From the NCBI GenBank assembly GCA_052035405.1, contig JBPOHQ010000008.1, forward strand, positions 32,893 through 96,892: a stretch of 64,000 nucleotides of DNA. The letters are read 5' to 3'. The notes beneath the pieces are model-generated. The model made no database searches. It was not told where the DNA came from and worked only from the letters and a program-made list of their open reading frames with translations. Numbering within the stretch: position 1 is the first letter of the stretch; every line of letters begins with the position of its first letter. Shown here piece after piece: positions 26,372 through 35,558 of the stretch. Source of the DNA: Candidatus Nomurabacteria bacterium (GTDB lineage: Bacteria; Patescibacteriota; Minisyncoccia; Phycocordibacterales; UBA9973). The position numbers were made by a program, and so were the translations under genes.

Positions 26372-27964
26372 GTGGAACAAAATACTAAAAATTTAAAAAC
26401 AAAGATACCTAAAGAGGTTTCACATGTAACAAAAAACCTAGAAGAAGCTGGTTTTGATGTTTTTCTTGTTGGAGGGTGCGTAAGAGATATTTTAATGAAT
26501 AAAGAGCCTAAAGATTGGGATCTGACTACCAACGCTACTCCAGAACAGATTATTCCATTGTTCGACAAGACTGTGTACGAGAATAACTTCGGAACGGTAG
26601 CTGTTTGCGTGCCACGTGAAACAAAAAATACCTTTGTTCCGCATGAAACAGGAGTTTTTGATGTTTCACGTGGCACAAATGGTTCAACTAATAAAAATGT
26701 TACACATGTAACAGAAGAAAGTGTTCCACATGAAACGCTAGAATATGAGATAATTGAGGTTACTCCATATAGAACCGAGACAAAATACAGTGATTTTAGA
26801 CATCCCGATGAAGTAAAATTCAGCGATAAACTAGAAGATGATCTAAAAAGACGTGATTTTACAGTAAATGCTATGGTTATGGACTCTCAGGGTCATGTGC
26901 AGGATCTGTATAATGGTTTAACGGACATAAAGGACAAAATTTTAAGGACAGTAGGAGAGCCAGACGAGAGATTTAACGAAGATGCACTTAGAATGTTAAG
27001 AGCTGTTCGTTTTGCTTGCCAGCTTGGATTTTCTATTTCACATGAAACATCTGAAAGCATGTTTCGAAATGCCGATTTAATAAAAAAGATATCCACAGAG
27101 AGGATTCGTGATGAATTTTCAAAGATAATCATGTCACCGACTCCGGCCGCTGGAGTGGTTATGTTACAAAAATTTGGATTATTAAAACATGTTATTCCTG
27201 AGTTAGAGGAGGGTATAGGATGTGTTCAAGGTGGTGCACATATATACGATGTGTGGGAACATTTGTTAATGGCTCTCCAGCACGCTGCAGATAAAAATTG
27301 GCCATTTGAAATTCGTTTTGCCGCACTTATGCATGACATAGGTAAACCGAGAACTCGAAGACCTGGAGAAAAGAAAGCCTATACTTTCTACGGACATGAA
27401 GTCGTGGGTGCACGAATGGCGAAGAAAATAATGGAGAGATTAAAATATTCTAGAAAAGAAACAGAACTAGTGGAGATTTTTGTCCGAACTCACATGTTTT
27501 TCTCTGATACAGAGAAAATAACTCTCTCTGCTGTACGGAGAATTATTGCGAAAGTTGGAAAAGAAAATATTTGGTTACTTATGAATATTCGTGAGTGTGA
27601 CCGAGTCGGCATGAAAAAAACAGAAGCACCGTATAGATTACGTAAATACTTTGCCATGATAGAAGAAGCTCTTCGTGATCCTATTTCTGTGAAACAGCTT
27701 AAAATTGACGGAAGTTACATGATTAACATGTTACACATGAAACCTGGACCCCGCATGGGCTGGATGTTAAACGCTTTACTTGAAGAAGTTCTAGAAGATC
27801 CGACAAAGAATGAAATTGAGTATTTAAAAAATAAAATTCTAGAATTAGAAAAACTTGAGGATAAAGATTTACGAGAACTTGGCGAGAAAGGGAAAGAAGC
27901 AAAAGAAGAATTAGAAGAAGAAGAAATAGAAAAATTACATGCTAAGCATGGGGTAAAAAAATAA
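26372..27964 (+). CDS. cca: CCA-adding tRNA nucleotidyltransferase (polymerase-beta head plus HD domain) with in-frame palindromic-repeat insertions; GTG start 12 nt after tRNA-Gly
   Basis: FLVGGCVRDILMNKEPKDWDLTT, RRDFTVNAM, HD motif LMHDIGKP; an atypical inserted segment VCVPRETKNTFVPHETGVFDVSRGTNGSTNKNVTHVTEESVPHETLEYE. Confidence 0.85.
   Translation: MEQNTKNLKTKIPKEVSHVTKNLEEAGFDVFLVGGCVRDILMNKEPKDWDLTTNATPEQIIPLFDKTVYENNFGTVAVCVPRETKNTFVPHETGVFDVSRGTNGSTNKNVTHVTEESVPHETLEYEIIEVTPYRTETKYSDFRHPDEVKFSDKLEDDLKRRDFTVNAMVMDSQGHVQDLYNGLTDIKDKILRTVGEPDERFNEDALRMLRAVRFACQLGFSISHETSESMFRNADLIKKISTERIRDEFSKIIMSPTPAAGVVMLQKFGLLKHVIPELEEGIGCVQGGAHIYDVWEHLLMALQHAADKNWPFEIRFAALMHDIGKPRTRRPGEKKAYTFYGHEVVGARMAKKIMERLKYSRKETELVEIFVRTHMFFSDTEKITLSAVRRIIAKVGKENIWLLMNIRECDRVGMKKTEAPYRLRKYFAMIEEALRDPISVKQLKIDGSYMINMLHMKPGPRMGWMLNALLEEVLEDPTKNEIEYLKNKILELEKLEDKDLRELGEKGKEAKEELEEEEIEKLHAKHGVKK
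26417..26430. repeat. Single copy of the 14-bp palindromic element (gtttcacatgtaac) near the 5' end of cca
   Basis: Encodes VSHVT in the cca frame. Confidence 0.55.
26609..26736. repeat. Array of five 14-bp palindromic elements inside cca (starts 26609, 26636, 26663, 26699, 26723; spacings 27, 27, 36, 24, all multiples of 3)
   Basis: gtgccacgtgaaac, gttccgcatgaaac, gtttcacgtggcac, gttacacatgtaac, gttccacatgaaac. Confidence 0.8.
27714..27743. repeat. Degenerate copy plus intact copy of the palindromic element (gttacatgattaac ... gttacacatgaaac) near the 3' end of cca
   Basis: Read directly; encodes MINMLHMKPG. Confidence 0.5.
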
Positions 27965-27994
27965 AACACCACACACGTGGTGTTTTATTTTTTA
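27964..27994. terminator. Bidirectional intrinsic terminator (caccac-acac-gtggtg flanked by A-run and T-run) between convergent cca and the DUF1211 gene
   Basis: Hairpin with flanking runs. Confidence 0.7.
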
Positions 27995-27996
27995 GA

Positions 27997-28617
27997 CTAC
28001 TTAATTATTTTCTCAACTAATCGAGTGCTGTACGGAAACAAGTTAAAGATTACTGCGAGGGTGAAGAGTGTTAAAGAAAAAGTTGTACTGTAAAAAGACA
28101 GAGGAATAGCGATGAGTGCAAATATCATAGGTACGAGTGTGCGAATAGTACTTCCTTTTATTTCATGAGCACTTATTTCTGGATTTTTTATATGAGGAGA
28201 GAAAAGTACATATCGACGCATCCAATATAAACAAAGTCCTATGAGGATAATATGGATTCCGAATATAGTGATAGCGAGCTCGTTGGTATTAAAGTGTCCG
28301 AGTAAACTAGCTGAAAAAGGAAGGAGTGAAACAAACATGAAAAAGAGACCATTTATATTGGTAAGTGTTGCATCTATATTTTTTGCGTAGACTGAATTAA
28401 AAAAGTGGTGTGCTTTCCAGTATGTGAAAAGCAAAGAGAAGGTGAGTAGGTATGTTAGGAACGAAGGAACCAAAGAGATTACTTCATTTAAAAGTTCTAA
28501 ATTTGTTGCTTGTCCTAAATAAGATAAATAAGTGGGAACTTTTATTTCGAAAACAAGTATGGTCATAACGATGGCAAATATACCGTCGGATAGCTGGTCT
28601 AATCTTGAGTGGTTCAT
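27997..28617 (-). CDS. DUF1211/TMEM175-like multi-pass membrane protein (putative K+ channel family)
   Basis: RLDQLSDGIFAIVMTILVFEI matches the RxxxFSDGVFAIAITLLVLE signature; about 6 TM helices. Confidence 0.55.
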   Translation of the reverse strand: MNHSRLDQLSDGIFAIVMTILVFEIKVPTYLSYLGQATNLELLNEVISLVPSFLTYLLTFSLLFTYWKAHHFFNSVYAKNIDATLTNINGLFFMFVSLLPFSASLLGHFNTNELAITIFGIHIILIGLCLYWMRRYVLFSPHIKNPEISAHEIKGSTIRTLVPMIFALIAIPLSFYSTTFSLTLFTLAVIFNLFPYSTRLVEKIIK

Positions 28618-28722
28618 GTTTTGATTATATCAAATAAAAGAATTATTAAAACAAGACTGTTCGGGTTTGGTCTCTATAAATGCTATAATGGAGTATTAAT
28701 ATAAATAAAAAGATATAAAATC

Positions 28723-29211
28723 ATGATTTCAAAAGAACAATACTTAGAAGCAATAAAAAAGGAGATTTCAATAATTAAACACCTAGGAGAAAAAATTACA
28801 GAGGAACAGCTTGCTTTTAAGCCGACAGAAGGTCAGCGTACCATGCAGGAATTAATGCAATATTTAACGACTATATTTGTTATGGGTGCAGATAGCGTGG
28901 CAACTGGTGACGGTGAGGCGTATAAGAAATACATTGGTTCACCTATGCCTACACGAGAGAACTTCAGTTCGATGATGGATGAAGAGCTTGCTAAATTTGT
29001 GGGATTCGTAGAGCCTCTCAGTGAAGAAGATATGAAAGTTGAAATCTCTATGTGGGGGATGAATCAGTCTCGTGCGAAGCATCTCCTTGGACTTCTCAAC
29101 ATTGCATCTGCATATAAAATGCAAATGTTTTTGTACATGAAACAGACGGGGATGACGCACTTAAATACCATGAATCTTTGGGCGGGAATGGATACTCCAC
29201 CAAAAGAGTAA
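28723..29211 (+). CDS. Hypothetical protein, possibly DinB/YfiT-like helical bundle
   Basis: Weak C-terminal resemblance (HLLGLLNIASAYKMQMFLYMKQTG); low confidence. Confidence 0.35.
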   Translation: MISKEQYLEAIKKEISIIKHLGEKITEEQLAFKPTEGQRTMQELMQYLTTIFVMGADSVATGDGEAYKKYIGSPMPTRENFSSMMDEELAKFVGFVEPLSEEDMKVEISMWGMNQSRAKHLLGLLNIASAYKMQMFLYMKQTGMTHLNTMNLWAGMDTPPKE

Positions 29212-29216
29212 TTTAT

Positions 29217-30008
29217 TTAAATCTCAATCATCACAGGGCAATGATCTGATCCCAATACTTCTGGTAGGATTTTCGCATCTTTAACTTTCTGTTTTAACTT
29301 TTCACTTACAAAAAAGTAATCTATTCTCCATCCGGCGTTTCGCTCTCGTGCTTTTGCAAAGTGACTCCACCAAGTATAGTGACCACTCCCTTGTGTAAAC
29401 ATTCTAAATGTATCTACGAATCCAAGTTTTATCATGTTGTCTATACCCTCCCGCTCTTCTTCGGTGAATCCTTTTACTCCAACGTTTTGTTTTGGTCGAG
29501 CGAGGTCGTCTGGAGTGTGGGCGACATTTAAGTCTCCGCAAAAGATGACAGGTTTATTTTTTTCTAACTCTTTCATATACGCGAGGAACGCAGGGTCCCA
29601 ACTTTTATGACGGAGGGGGATACGAGAAAGGTCATCTTTTGCGTTTGGGGTGTACACATTTGCGATGTAAAAGTTTTTATATTCTGCTACGATGACACGG
29701 CCTTCTTTATTTGGATCCCCGTAGCCATCATCTTTAATCTTGTACTTTTTAGCAATTTTTTCTGGAAGGTCAAAGACTACAGAAATAGGTTTTTCTTTAG
29801 TAAATATTGCCGTGCCGCTGTAGCCTTTGCGAGTAGCGGAATTCCAATACTCTTCGTAGTCTGTTAGATCTACTTCACTTTGGTGTTGTTCTGCTTTTGT
29901 CTCTTGGAGACAGAGAATATCTGGCTGATATGTTTCAATAAAAGAAACAAAAAGTCCTTTTCTGTGCACTGCTCGTATGCCGTTTACATTCCAAGAAATT
30001 ATTTTCAT
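29217..30008 (-). CDS. xth: Exodeoxyribonuclease III / AP endonuclease
   Basis: MKIISWNVNGIRA, LCLQETK, C-terminal SDHCPV. Confidence 0.9.
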   Translation of the reverse strand: MKIISWNVNGIRAVHRKGLFVSFIETYQPDILCLQETKAEQHQSEVDLTDYEEYWNSATRKGYSGTAIFTKEKPISVVFDLPEKIAKKYKIKDDGYGDPNKEGRVIVAEYKNFYIANVYTPNAKDDLSRIPLRHKSWDPAFLAYMKELEKNKPVIFCGDLNVAHTPDDLARPKQNVGVKGFTEEEREGIDNMIKLGFVDTFRMFTQGSGHYTWWSHFAKARERNAGWRIDYFFVSEKLKQKVKDAKILPEVLGSDHCPVMIEI

Positions 30009-30142
30009 TACTCAAATAATAGCATATCTAGTTTATCAATACTTAAAAATAAAGTAGACAAAAAGTTATATATATATTAGTCTTTGAATGAAAGATCTTG
30101 AAAAATAGATCTAATTTCTTTTAACTAACATTTCTTTTGTTT

Positions 30143-30310
30143 ATGAAAAAGAAAGTATTTGAACGATTACTAATAATCCTATTTATCCTATTAATAGTTA
30201 TCCATTTTTCCGGTTATCTTCTACTTTCTTATCAAATGGGAGAAATTGATCGACTTAAAGAAAAAAGGGATACAGTTGTAACTAATATAAAAATTTTACA
30301 AAGGGAGTGA
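30143..30310 (+). CDS. Unannotated small membrane protein (55 aa, below the ORF-track cutoff); single TM plus charged tail
   Basis: MKKKVFERLLIILFILLIVIHFSGYLLLSYQMGEIDRLKEKRDTVVTNIKILQRE, followed by a strong terminator. Confidence 0.35.
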   Translation: MKKKVFERLLIILFILLIVIHFSGYLLLSYQMGEIDRLKEKRDTVVTNIKILQRE

Positions 30311-30322
30311 TTATTTTAACTT

Positions 30323-30360
30323 CGCCGGAGACCTCAACGTTCTCCGGCGTTTCTGTCTTT
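30323..30360 (+). terminator. Rho-independent terminator (cgccggaga-N9-tctccggcg followed by a T-rich tract)
   Basis: 9-bp GC-rich stem. Confidence 0.65.
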
Positions 30361-30375
30361 ACTTGGTTTTTTATC

Positions 30376-31311
30376 TTATCTCTTACTATGATATTTTTTA
30401 TGAGTCTCTAAAAGTTTTTTGTCGGTGACGTGAGTGTATATCTGCGTAGTAGAAATACTTGAGTGTCCAAGCATCATCTGTACAGAACGTAAGTCTGCAC
30501 CGTTACCGAGCAAGTCCGTTGCAAACATATGACGCATAACGTGAGGAGTAACCTTTTTAGATATTCCAGCCTTAGTCGCATGTTGTTTAACAATCCTTTC
30601 TATTGATCTTTTCCCTAGACCTTTCATATCCATATTTTTCTTTGAAATATTTTTTTTATCAATATCGTTCCCAACTTGTACAAATAACGCTTCGGACATG
30701 TCTTTACGTAATGCTAAATATTTCTTTACTGCTTCTTTGGCTGTATCAGAAATAAATACTACGCGAACTTTACCACCTTTACCTCGCACAGATAATTCGT
30801 CTGTAGTTAAATCGATATCAGCCGTTAAGGAACAAAGTTCTGAAACACGTAATCCGGTGGAGAATAGAAGCTCTAGAATGGCCTTATCTCTCACATCTTT
30901 TATGTCCGAACCTTTTGGGGAATCTAAAAGTCTGTTTAATTCTGTTTCAGTAATGAGGTCAAGTTGACGTTCTCCAACTTTTGCGAGCTCTATTTTCTCT
31001 GCGGACATTGTCCTTATCTCTTGACGTGTGAGATATTTAAGGAATGCACGTAACGCTATCAGGTAATAATTTTGAGTTTTTTTAGAAAGAGTTTCTCCTT
31101 TATCTTTATGGTGACCTGTACTTTGTCTATTGAGCCATAGTCTAAATTCACGGACCATGGTGTCATTTATTTTTTCTGGATCATCATTTTTTGTGTAGTC
31201 TAAAAATCTACTGAGATAATGGTCATAATTCTCGACTGTTTTGAGCGATCTACCTTTTTCTATCTCTACGTATTCTAGAAATTGAGTCTTTAGTTTTTTA
31301 AGGGATGCCAT
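30376..31311 (-). CDS. xerD: Tyrosine site-specific recombinase XerC/XerD family
   Basis: R..GLRVSEL, HVMRHMFATDLL, LGHSSISTTQIYTHV catalytic motifs. Confidence 0.85.
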   Translation of the reverse strand: MASLKKLKTQFLEYVEIEKGRSLKTVENYDHYLSRFLDYTKNDDPEKINDTMVREFRLWLNRQSTGHHKDKGETLSKKTQNYYLIALRAFLKYLTRQEIRTMSAEKIELAKVGERQLDLITETELNRLLDSPKGSDIKDVRDKAILELLFSTGLRVSELCSLTADIDLTTDELSVRGKGGKVRVVFISDTAKEAVKKYLALRKDMSEALFVQVGNDIDKKNISKKNMDMKGLGKRSIERIVKQHATKAGISKKVTPHVMRHMFATDLLGNGADLRSVQMMLGHSSISTTQIYTHVTDKKLLETHKKYHSKR

Positions 31312-31388
31312 GGATGTATTTTATCATACTATTGTGCGACATAGACATGGGCTTGCTTTTTTTCGTGATATATGATAGTATACTAATC

Positions 31389-31652
31389 ATGTTAGCAACA
31401 AAGAAAAAACAAGCAGTTATAAAGAAACATCAAATTCACGATAAAGATACAGGGTCTACTGTGGTTCAGGTGGCTATTTTGTCTACTAAAATTGATGAAT
31501 TGGCAAAACATTTAAAGAAACACAAGAAAGATAATCATTCTCGACGTGGCTTAATAAAAATGGTTGCAGATCGAAGAACTCATTTAAAATACTTAGAGCG
31601 AAAAGACAAGACTCAACACGCTGCTCTCTTAAAAAAGATGGACCTTGCTTAA
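31389..31652 (+). CDS. rpsO: 30S ribosomal protein S15 (start adjusted to MLATKKK)
   Basis: DTGSTVVQVAILSTKIDELAKHLKKHKKDNHSRRGLIKMVADRRTHLKYL. Confidence 0.9.
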   Translation: MLATKKKQAVIKKHQIHDKDTGSTVVQVAILSTKIDELAKHLKKHKKDNHSRRGLIKMVADRRTHLKYLERKDKTQHAALLKKMDLA

Positions 31653-31666
31653 AAGCAAGGTTTTTC
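31643..31666 (+). terminator. Hairpin overlapping the rpsO stop codon plus a T-run; terminator/attenuator in the rpsO-pnp region
   Basis: ccttgctt-aa-aagcaagg-ttttt. Confidence 0.5.
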
Positions 31667-31761
31667 TTTACTTCTATTTTCTATATAGTGATATACTTAG
31701 ATAAGTTTTTTACACGTTTTGTTTTCAATTTTTTTTAATAATATTAATCTAATTTTTATAT

Positions 31762-32271
31762 ATGACAGTTATAAAACACAAAGAGCAAAGAGTAGGGGTT
31801 TTTATAGATACTCAAAATCTATATCACTCAGCTCGTAATTTATACAAAGCTCGAGTTAACTTTGGTGCAGTATTAAAGGACGCCGTTGCAGGACGCAAAC
31901 TGGTCCGTGCAGTAGCGTACGTCATCACCACAGAAGCAGGGGATGAGAAAAACTTTTTTGAAGCTCTTACTAAGCTAGGTATAGAGACTAAGACAAAAGA
32001 TCTACAAGTGTTTCACACTGGTACAAAAAAGGGTGACTGGGATGTGGGGCTCACAGTGGACGCTATCAAAATGGCTCCACGACTAGACTCTGTTGTAATC
32101 ATCTCTGGAGATGGGGATTTTATTCCGCTCGTAGAATACTTACAGACTATGGGAGTACAAGTCGAAGTTGTTTCTTTTGGAAAATCAACATCTTCTAATC
32201 TTCGTGACACAGTAGACGACTTTGTAGACCTCTCTGAGAATCCAAAGAAGTATCTTATAGGGCTGCACTAA
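31762..32271 (+). CDS. NYN-domain (LabA-like) predicted RNA nuclease family protein
   Basis: VGVFIDTQNLYHSAR ... VVIISGDGDFIPLVEYLQTMGVQVEVVSF. Confidence 0.7.
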   Translation: MTVIKHKEQRVGVFIDTQNLYHSARNLYKARVNFGAVLKDAVAGRKLVRAVAYVITTEAGDEKNFFEALTKLGIETKTKDLQVFHTGTKKGDWDVGLTVDAIKMAPRLDSVVIISGDGDFIPLVEYLQTMGVQVEVVSFGKSTSSNLRDTVDDFVDLSENPKKYLIGLH

Positions 32272-32453
32272 GAAGAAACTCTTATAAGGTTTTTTACAAA
32301 AAAGCATTAAAATGCTACTATCTTACTATATTTACTAGTTAATCAGGTTCGTCTTTAGATAGAGATAATGTTAATCAGGCAGAATGTGTCTGTGAAACAA
32401 TACTTTATTCTAAAGAGGAATCAAACACTAGGTACATTGCCTAGGAATTATAT

Positions 32454-34577
32454 ATGCAAAAGAAAGAATATGAAGTGGAAATTGGCGGCAAGAAATTGAC
32501 TGCTATTTTTAGTGATTTAGCAGATCAAGCTCACGGATCAGTGATGCTTAAATATGGAGAGACTATAGTACTCGCGACAGCTTGTATGTCTAAAGACAAA
32601 CAAGCGGGACTCGGATTTTTTAATCTGACTGTAGATTATGCAGAGAAGTTTTATGCAACAGGTAAAATTCTTGGCTCTCAATATGTCCGTCGCGAAGGTA
32701 AACCTTCAACAGAAGCAATTCTAGCAAGTCGTGTGATTGACCGAACACTCCGACCACTTTTTGATCAGAAACTCAGACATGCGGTACAAGTTATCGTGAC
32801 GGTTATTGCCTGTGATGATAACGATCCAGCCATGCTTGCGGTGAATGCTGCATCACTTGCACTTTCTGTATCTAATATTCCTTGGAAAGGTCCAGTAGGA
32901 TGCGTCAGAATTGGTAAGTATGACAGTGATACATTAACTGTAAATGCATCGACAACTTTACGGGGAGAAGAGTATCCATACAAATTTGATTTAACTGTAT
33001 GTGGACAAAACGGCACTATTAATATGATAGAAGCAGCAGCGAGACAAGCAAAGGAGGAAGATTTAAAAGAAGCACTAGAAGTAGCAAGTCTTGAAATAAC
33101 TAAACTCGAAGAATTCCAGAAAAATATTGTAAAAGAAATTGGTAAAGAAAAAAGAGTAATCACTCATGAGAAAATTAGCGATGAATCTGTGAATTTATTT
33201 AATCAACACATCCTACCAAAAATGGAAGAAGCAATATTCGCAGGTGCAGGAAAAGCAAAAATAGACATGTTGCATACGGAATGGAATGACTTAGTGAAAG
33301 AATATTACGCAGAAAAAAATCCAGACAAAAAAGACTTTTCTTTAGAGGATGATTTATTTGATGATACTGAAAACGACATGCTCCATGAGAAAGCTATCAA
33401 AGAAAACAAGAGAGCTGATGGAAGAAGAATGGATGAAGTCCGTGAACTGTATGCACAAGCTGGTGGGCTTTCAAGTATTCTACATGGCTCAGGAATATTT
33501 TACCGTGGAGGGACCCATGTACTTTCAGTGCTCACACTTGGTGGACCTGGAGATAAACAAGAGGTGAATGGTATGGATGTCACCGCTTCACGAAGATTTA
33601 TGCATCACTATAACTTCCCTCCATTCTCAGCTGGAGAGCCTGGACGATCAGGATTTACCAATCGTCGTGAAGTAGGACATGGAGCTCTTGCTGAGAAGGC
33701 AATACTGATGGTTCTTCCAGATAAAGAAACTTTCCCTTATACAATCCGTGTTGTGTCTGAATCTATGGCATCCAACGGTTCTACTTCACAAGCTTCTATT
33801 TGTGCGACAACACTTGCACTTATGGATGGAGGTGTGCCGATACTTGCACCAGTTGCTGGTATTGCAATGGGACTTATGTATGAAAATGATACTGCATACA
33901 AAGTGCTTACCGATATTCAAGGACCAGAAGATCATCATGGAGATATGGACTTCAAAGTTGCTGGAACACGTGATGGAATTACTGCAATACAACTTGATGT
34001 AAAAGTAGATGGAGTGCCAATTAAAATATTAGGCGAAGCGATGATCCAAGCGAAAGCTGCACGTATGACTATTTTAGACAGGATCGAAAAAGAAATAGCA
34101 CAACCACGAAAAGAAATTTCTCCAAACGCACCAAAAATAATTTCTATTAAAATAAATCCAGAAAAGATAGGTCTGGTTATCGGTTCTGGAGGCAAGACAA
34201 TTAAAGATATAAAAGAAAGAACTGGAGCAGAAATAACCATAGAAGATGATGGAACTGTATACTTTACTGGTACAGGAGAAGCACCTGTATTAGCTCAAAA
34301 GATAGTAGAAGAGATGACTCATGAGTTTAAAGTTGGTGAAGTTTTAAAAGGTGAGGTGGTAAAAATAGCTGACTTCGGAGCTTTTATACGATTAAATGAT
34401 TTTTCTGACGGGATGGTTCACATTTCTGAATTGGCACCATTTCGTGTAGACCGAGTAGCTGATATAATGAAAGAAGGGATGATTGTGCCGATAAAGGTTA
34501 TTGGTATTGATACACAAAAAGGTAAAATTAGTTTGTCTATAAAAGAAGCAGATCAAAACTTTTTCAAAAAAGTTTGA
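32454..34577 (+). CDS. pnp: Polyribonucleotide nucleotidyltransferase (PNPase)
   Basis: Two RNase PH domains, KH (GLVIGSGGKTIKDI) and S1 C-terminus; FMHHYNFPPFSAGE. Confidence 0.95.
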   Translation: MQKKEYEVEIGGKKLTAIFSDLADQAHGSVMLKYGETIVLATACMSKDKQAGLGFFNLTVDYAEKFYATGKILGSQYVRREGKPSTEAILASRVIDRTLRPLFDQKLRHAVQVIVTVIACDDNDPAMLAVNAASLALSVSNIPWKGPVGCVRIGKYDSDTLTVNASTTLRGEEYPYKFDLTVCGQNGTINMIEAAARQAKEEDLKEALEVASLEITKLEEFQKNIVKEIGKEKRVITHEKISDESVNLFNQHILPKMEEAIFAGAGKAKIDMLHTEWNDLVKEYYAEKNPDKKDFSLEDDLFDDTENDMLHEKAIKENKRADGRRMDEVRELYAQAGGLSSILHGSGIFYRGGTHVLSVLTLGGPGDKQEVNGMDVTASRRFMHHYNFPPFSAGEPGRSGFTNRREVGHGALAEKAILMVLPDKETFPYTIRVVSESMASNGSTSQASICATTLALMDGGVPILAPVAGIAMGLMYENDTAYKVLTDIQGPEDHHGDMDFKVAGTRDGITAIQLDVKVDGVPIKILGEAMIQAKAARMTILDRIEKEIAQPRKEISPNAPKIISIKINPEKIGLVIGSGGKTIKDIKERTGAEITIEDDGTVYFTGTGEAPVLAQKIVEEMTHEFKVGEVLKGEVVKIADFGAFIRLNDFSDGMVHISELAPFRVDRVADIMKEGMIVPIKVIGIDTQKGKISLSIKEADQNFFKKV

Positions 34578-34594
34578 TTAATCTAAATTCTTAG

Positions 34595-35509
34595 ATGATA
34601 AAAGACGAAAAACTACAAACAAAAGTTATAGAAACATATACTGGTGATATGCTGAAGGCTATCAACCAAAACGAAGGCGGGCTCATACAGAAAATAATTC
34701 ACGAACAAGAAGCTCATGAAGCAGAAAAACAAAATTTTTCTCCACAATCGAAACAAAATAGAATTTTTACTATTGTTGGTTTTGTTTTAATCCTTGCTGC
34801 TCTCTCTGGTATTGGATATGTTTTTCTGAAGAAGGATGACGGTACCGTAGCTATTGCACCACAATTTACACCACTGATTTTTACAGATAAGACTCGGTTC
34901 TTGGATATAACTGGTATGGGTAAAGAAAAAATTATAGACTCTATTCTTGTGGCAAGTAAAACTGCAGAGCTGAAACCAGGAGGAATTCATGCTCTATACA
35001 CAATGAGAAACAATAGGGTTCTAGGACTTACAGATTTCCTTAAAGCTATCCAATCAAATTTAATATTTGGACCAAATGACTTTGTAAACGAGAATTTCCT
35101 TCTAGGAATATCGAGTCCTCAATCAAGGTTTGAGACTGAAGTGGTAGTAGACCCTACCAAAATAATTGCTCCGCCACCTACTGTAATAGGGGGAAACTTG
35201 TTTATTCTCTTAAAAATTCGCTCCTTTACTGACATTTTTAAGACTATGCAAGATTGGGAAAAGAAAATGTTTGTCGATATGCATGATTTTTTTGGTATTC
35301 CTATCTCCACAGAAACAAGCTACCTTATAACTAAAGACTTTGAGAATGATATTATTCAGAATAAAAATGCTCGAGTATTACGTGACAAAGAAGCAAATAT
35401 TGTAATGATGTATGTTTTTGCTGATGATAATACTATTGTTATATCCAACAAAGAAGAAACTGTTCGTGAAATTATAGGAAGATTGGCGGGAAGTAAGGTT
35501 AAAAAATAA
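34595..35509 (+). CDS. Hypothetical membrane-anchored protein
   Basis: Single TM IFTIVGFVLILAALSGIGYVFL. Confidence 0.45.
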   Translation: MIKDEKLQTKVIETYTGDMLKAINQNEGGLIQKIIHEQEAHEAEKQNFSPQSKQNRIFTIVGFVLILAALSGIGYVFLKKDDGTVAIAPQFTPLIFTDKTRFLDITGMGKEKIIDSILVASKTAELKPGGIHALYTMRNNRVLGLTDFLKAIQSNLIFGPNDFVNENFLLGISSPQSRFETEVVVDPTKIIAPPPTVIGGNLFILLKIRSFTDIFKTMQDWEKKMFVDMHDFFGIPISTETSYLITKDFENDIIQNKNARVLRDKEANIVMMYVFADDNTIVISNKEETVREIIGRLAGSKVKK

Positions 35510-35524
35510 GGCTTTAAAAGTTGT

Positions 35525-35552
35525 TTGCCTTTCATGTTCGACGTGATATGAT
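35525..35552 (+). promoter_or_regulatory. Promoter TTGCCT-N16-TGaTATGAT placed 6 nt before the ATG (leaderless arrangement)
   Basis: tatgat at 35547-35552; ATG at 35559. Confidence 0.45.
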
Positions 35553-35558
35553 ACGTCT

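Noticed and set aside
26266-26676. 136-aa minus-strand ORF from the track
   Set aside because: It runs antisense across tRNA-Gly(GCC), the cca start and the palindrome array. The palindromes read similarly on both strands, which explains the open frame. Spurious.
25491-26736. Considered whether the 27-bp periodic palindromic arrays are CRISPR arrays
   Set aside because: Repeats are only 14 bp and spacers 13 bp. The arrays lie inside reading frames of housekeeping genes and preserve frame. There are no cas genes and no leader. This is not CRISPR-like beyond the periodicity.
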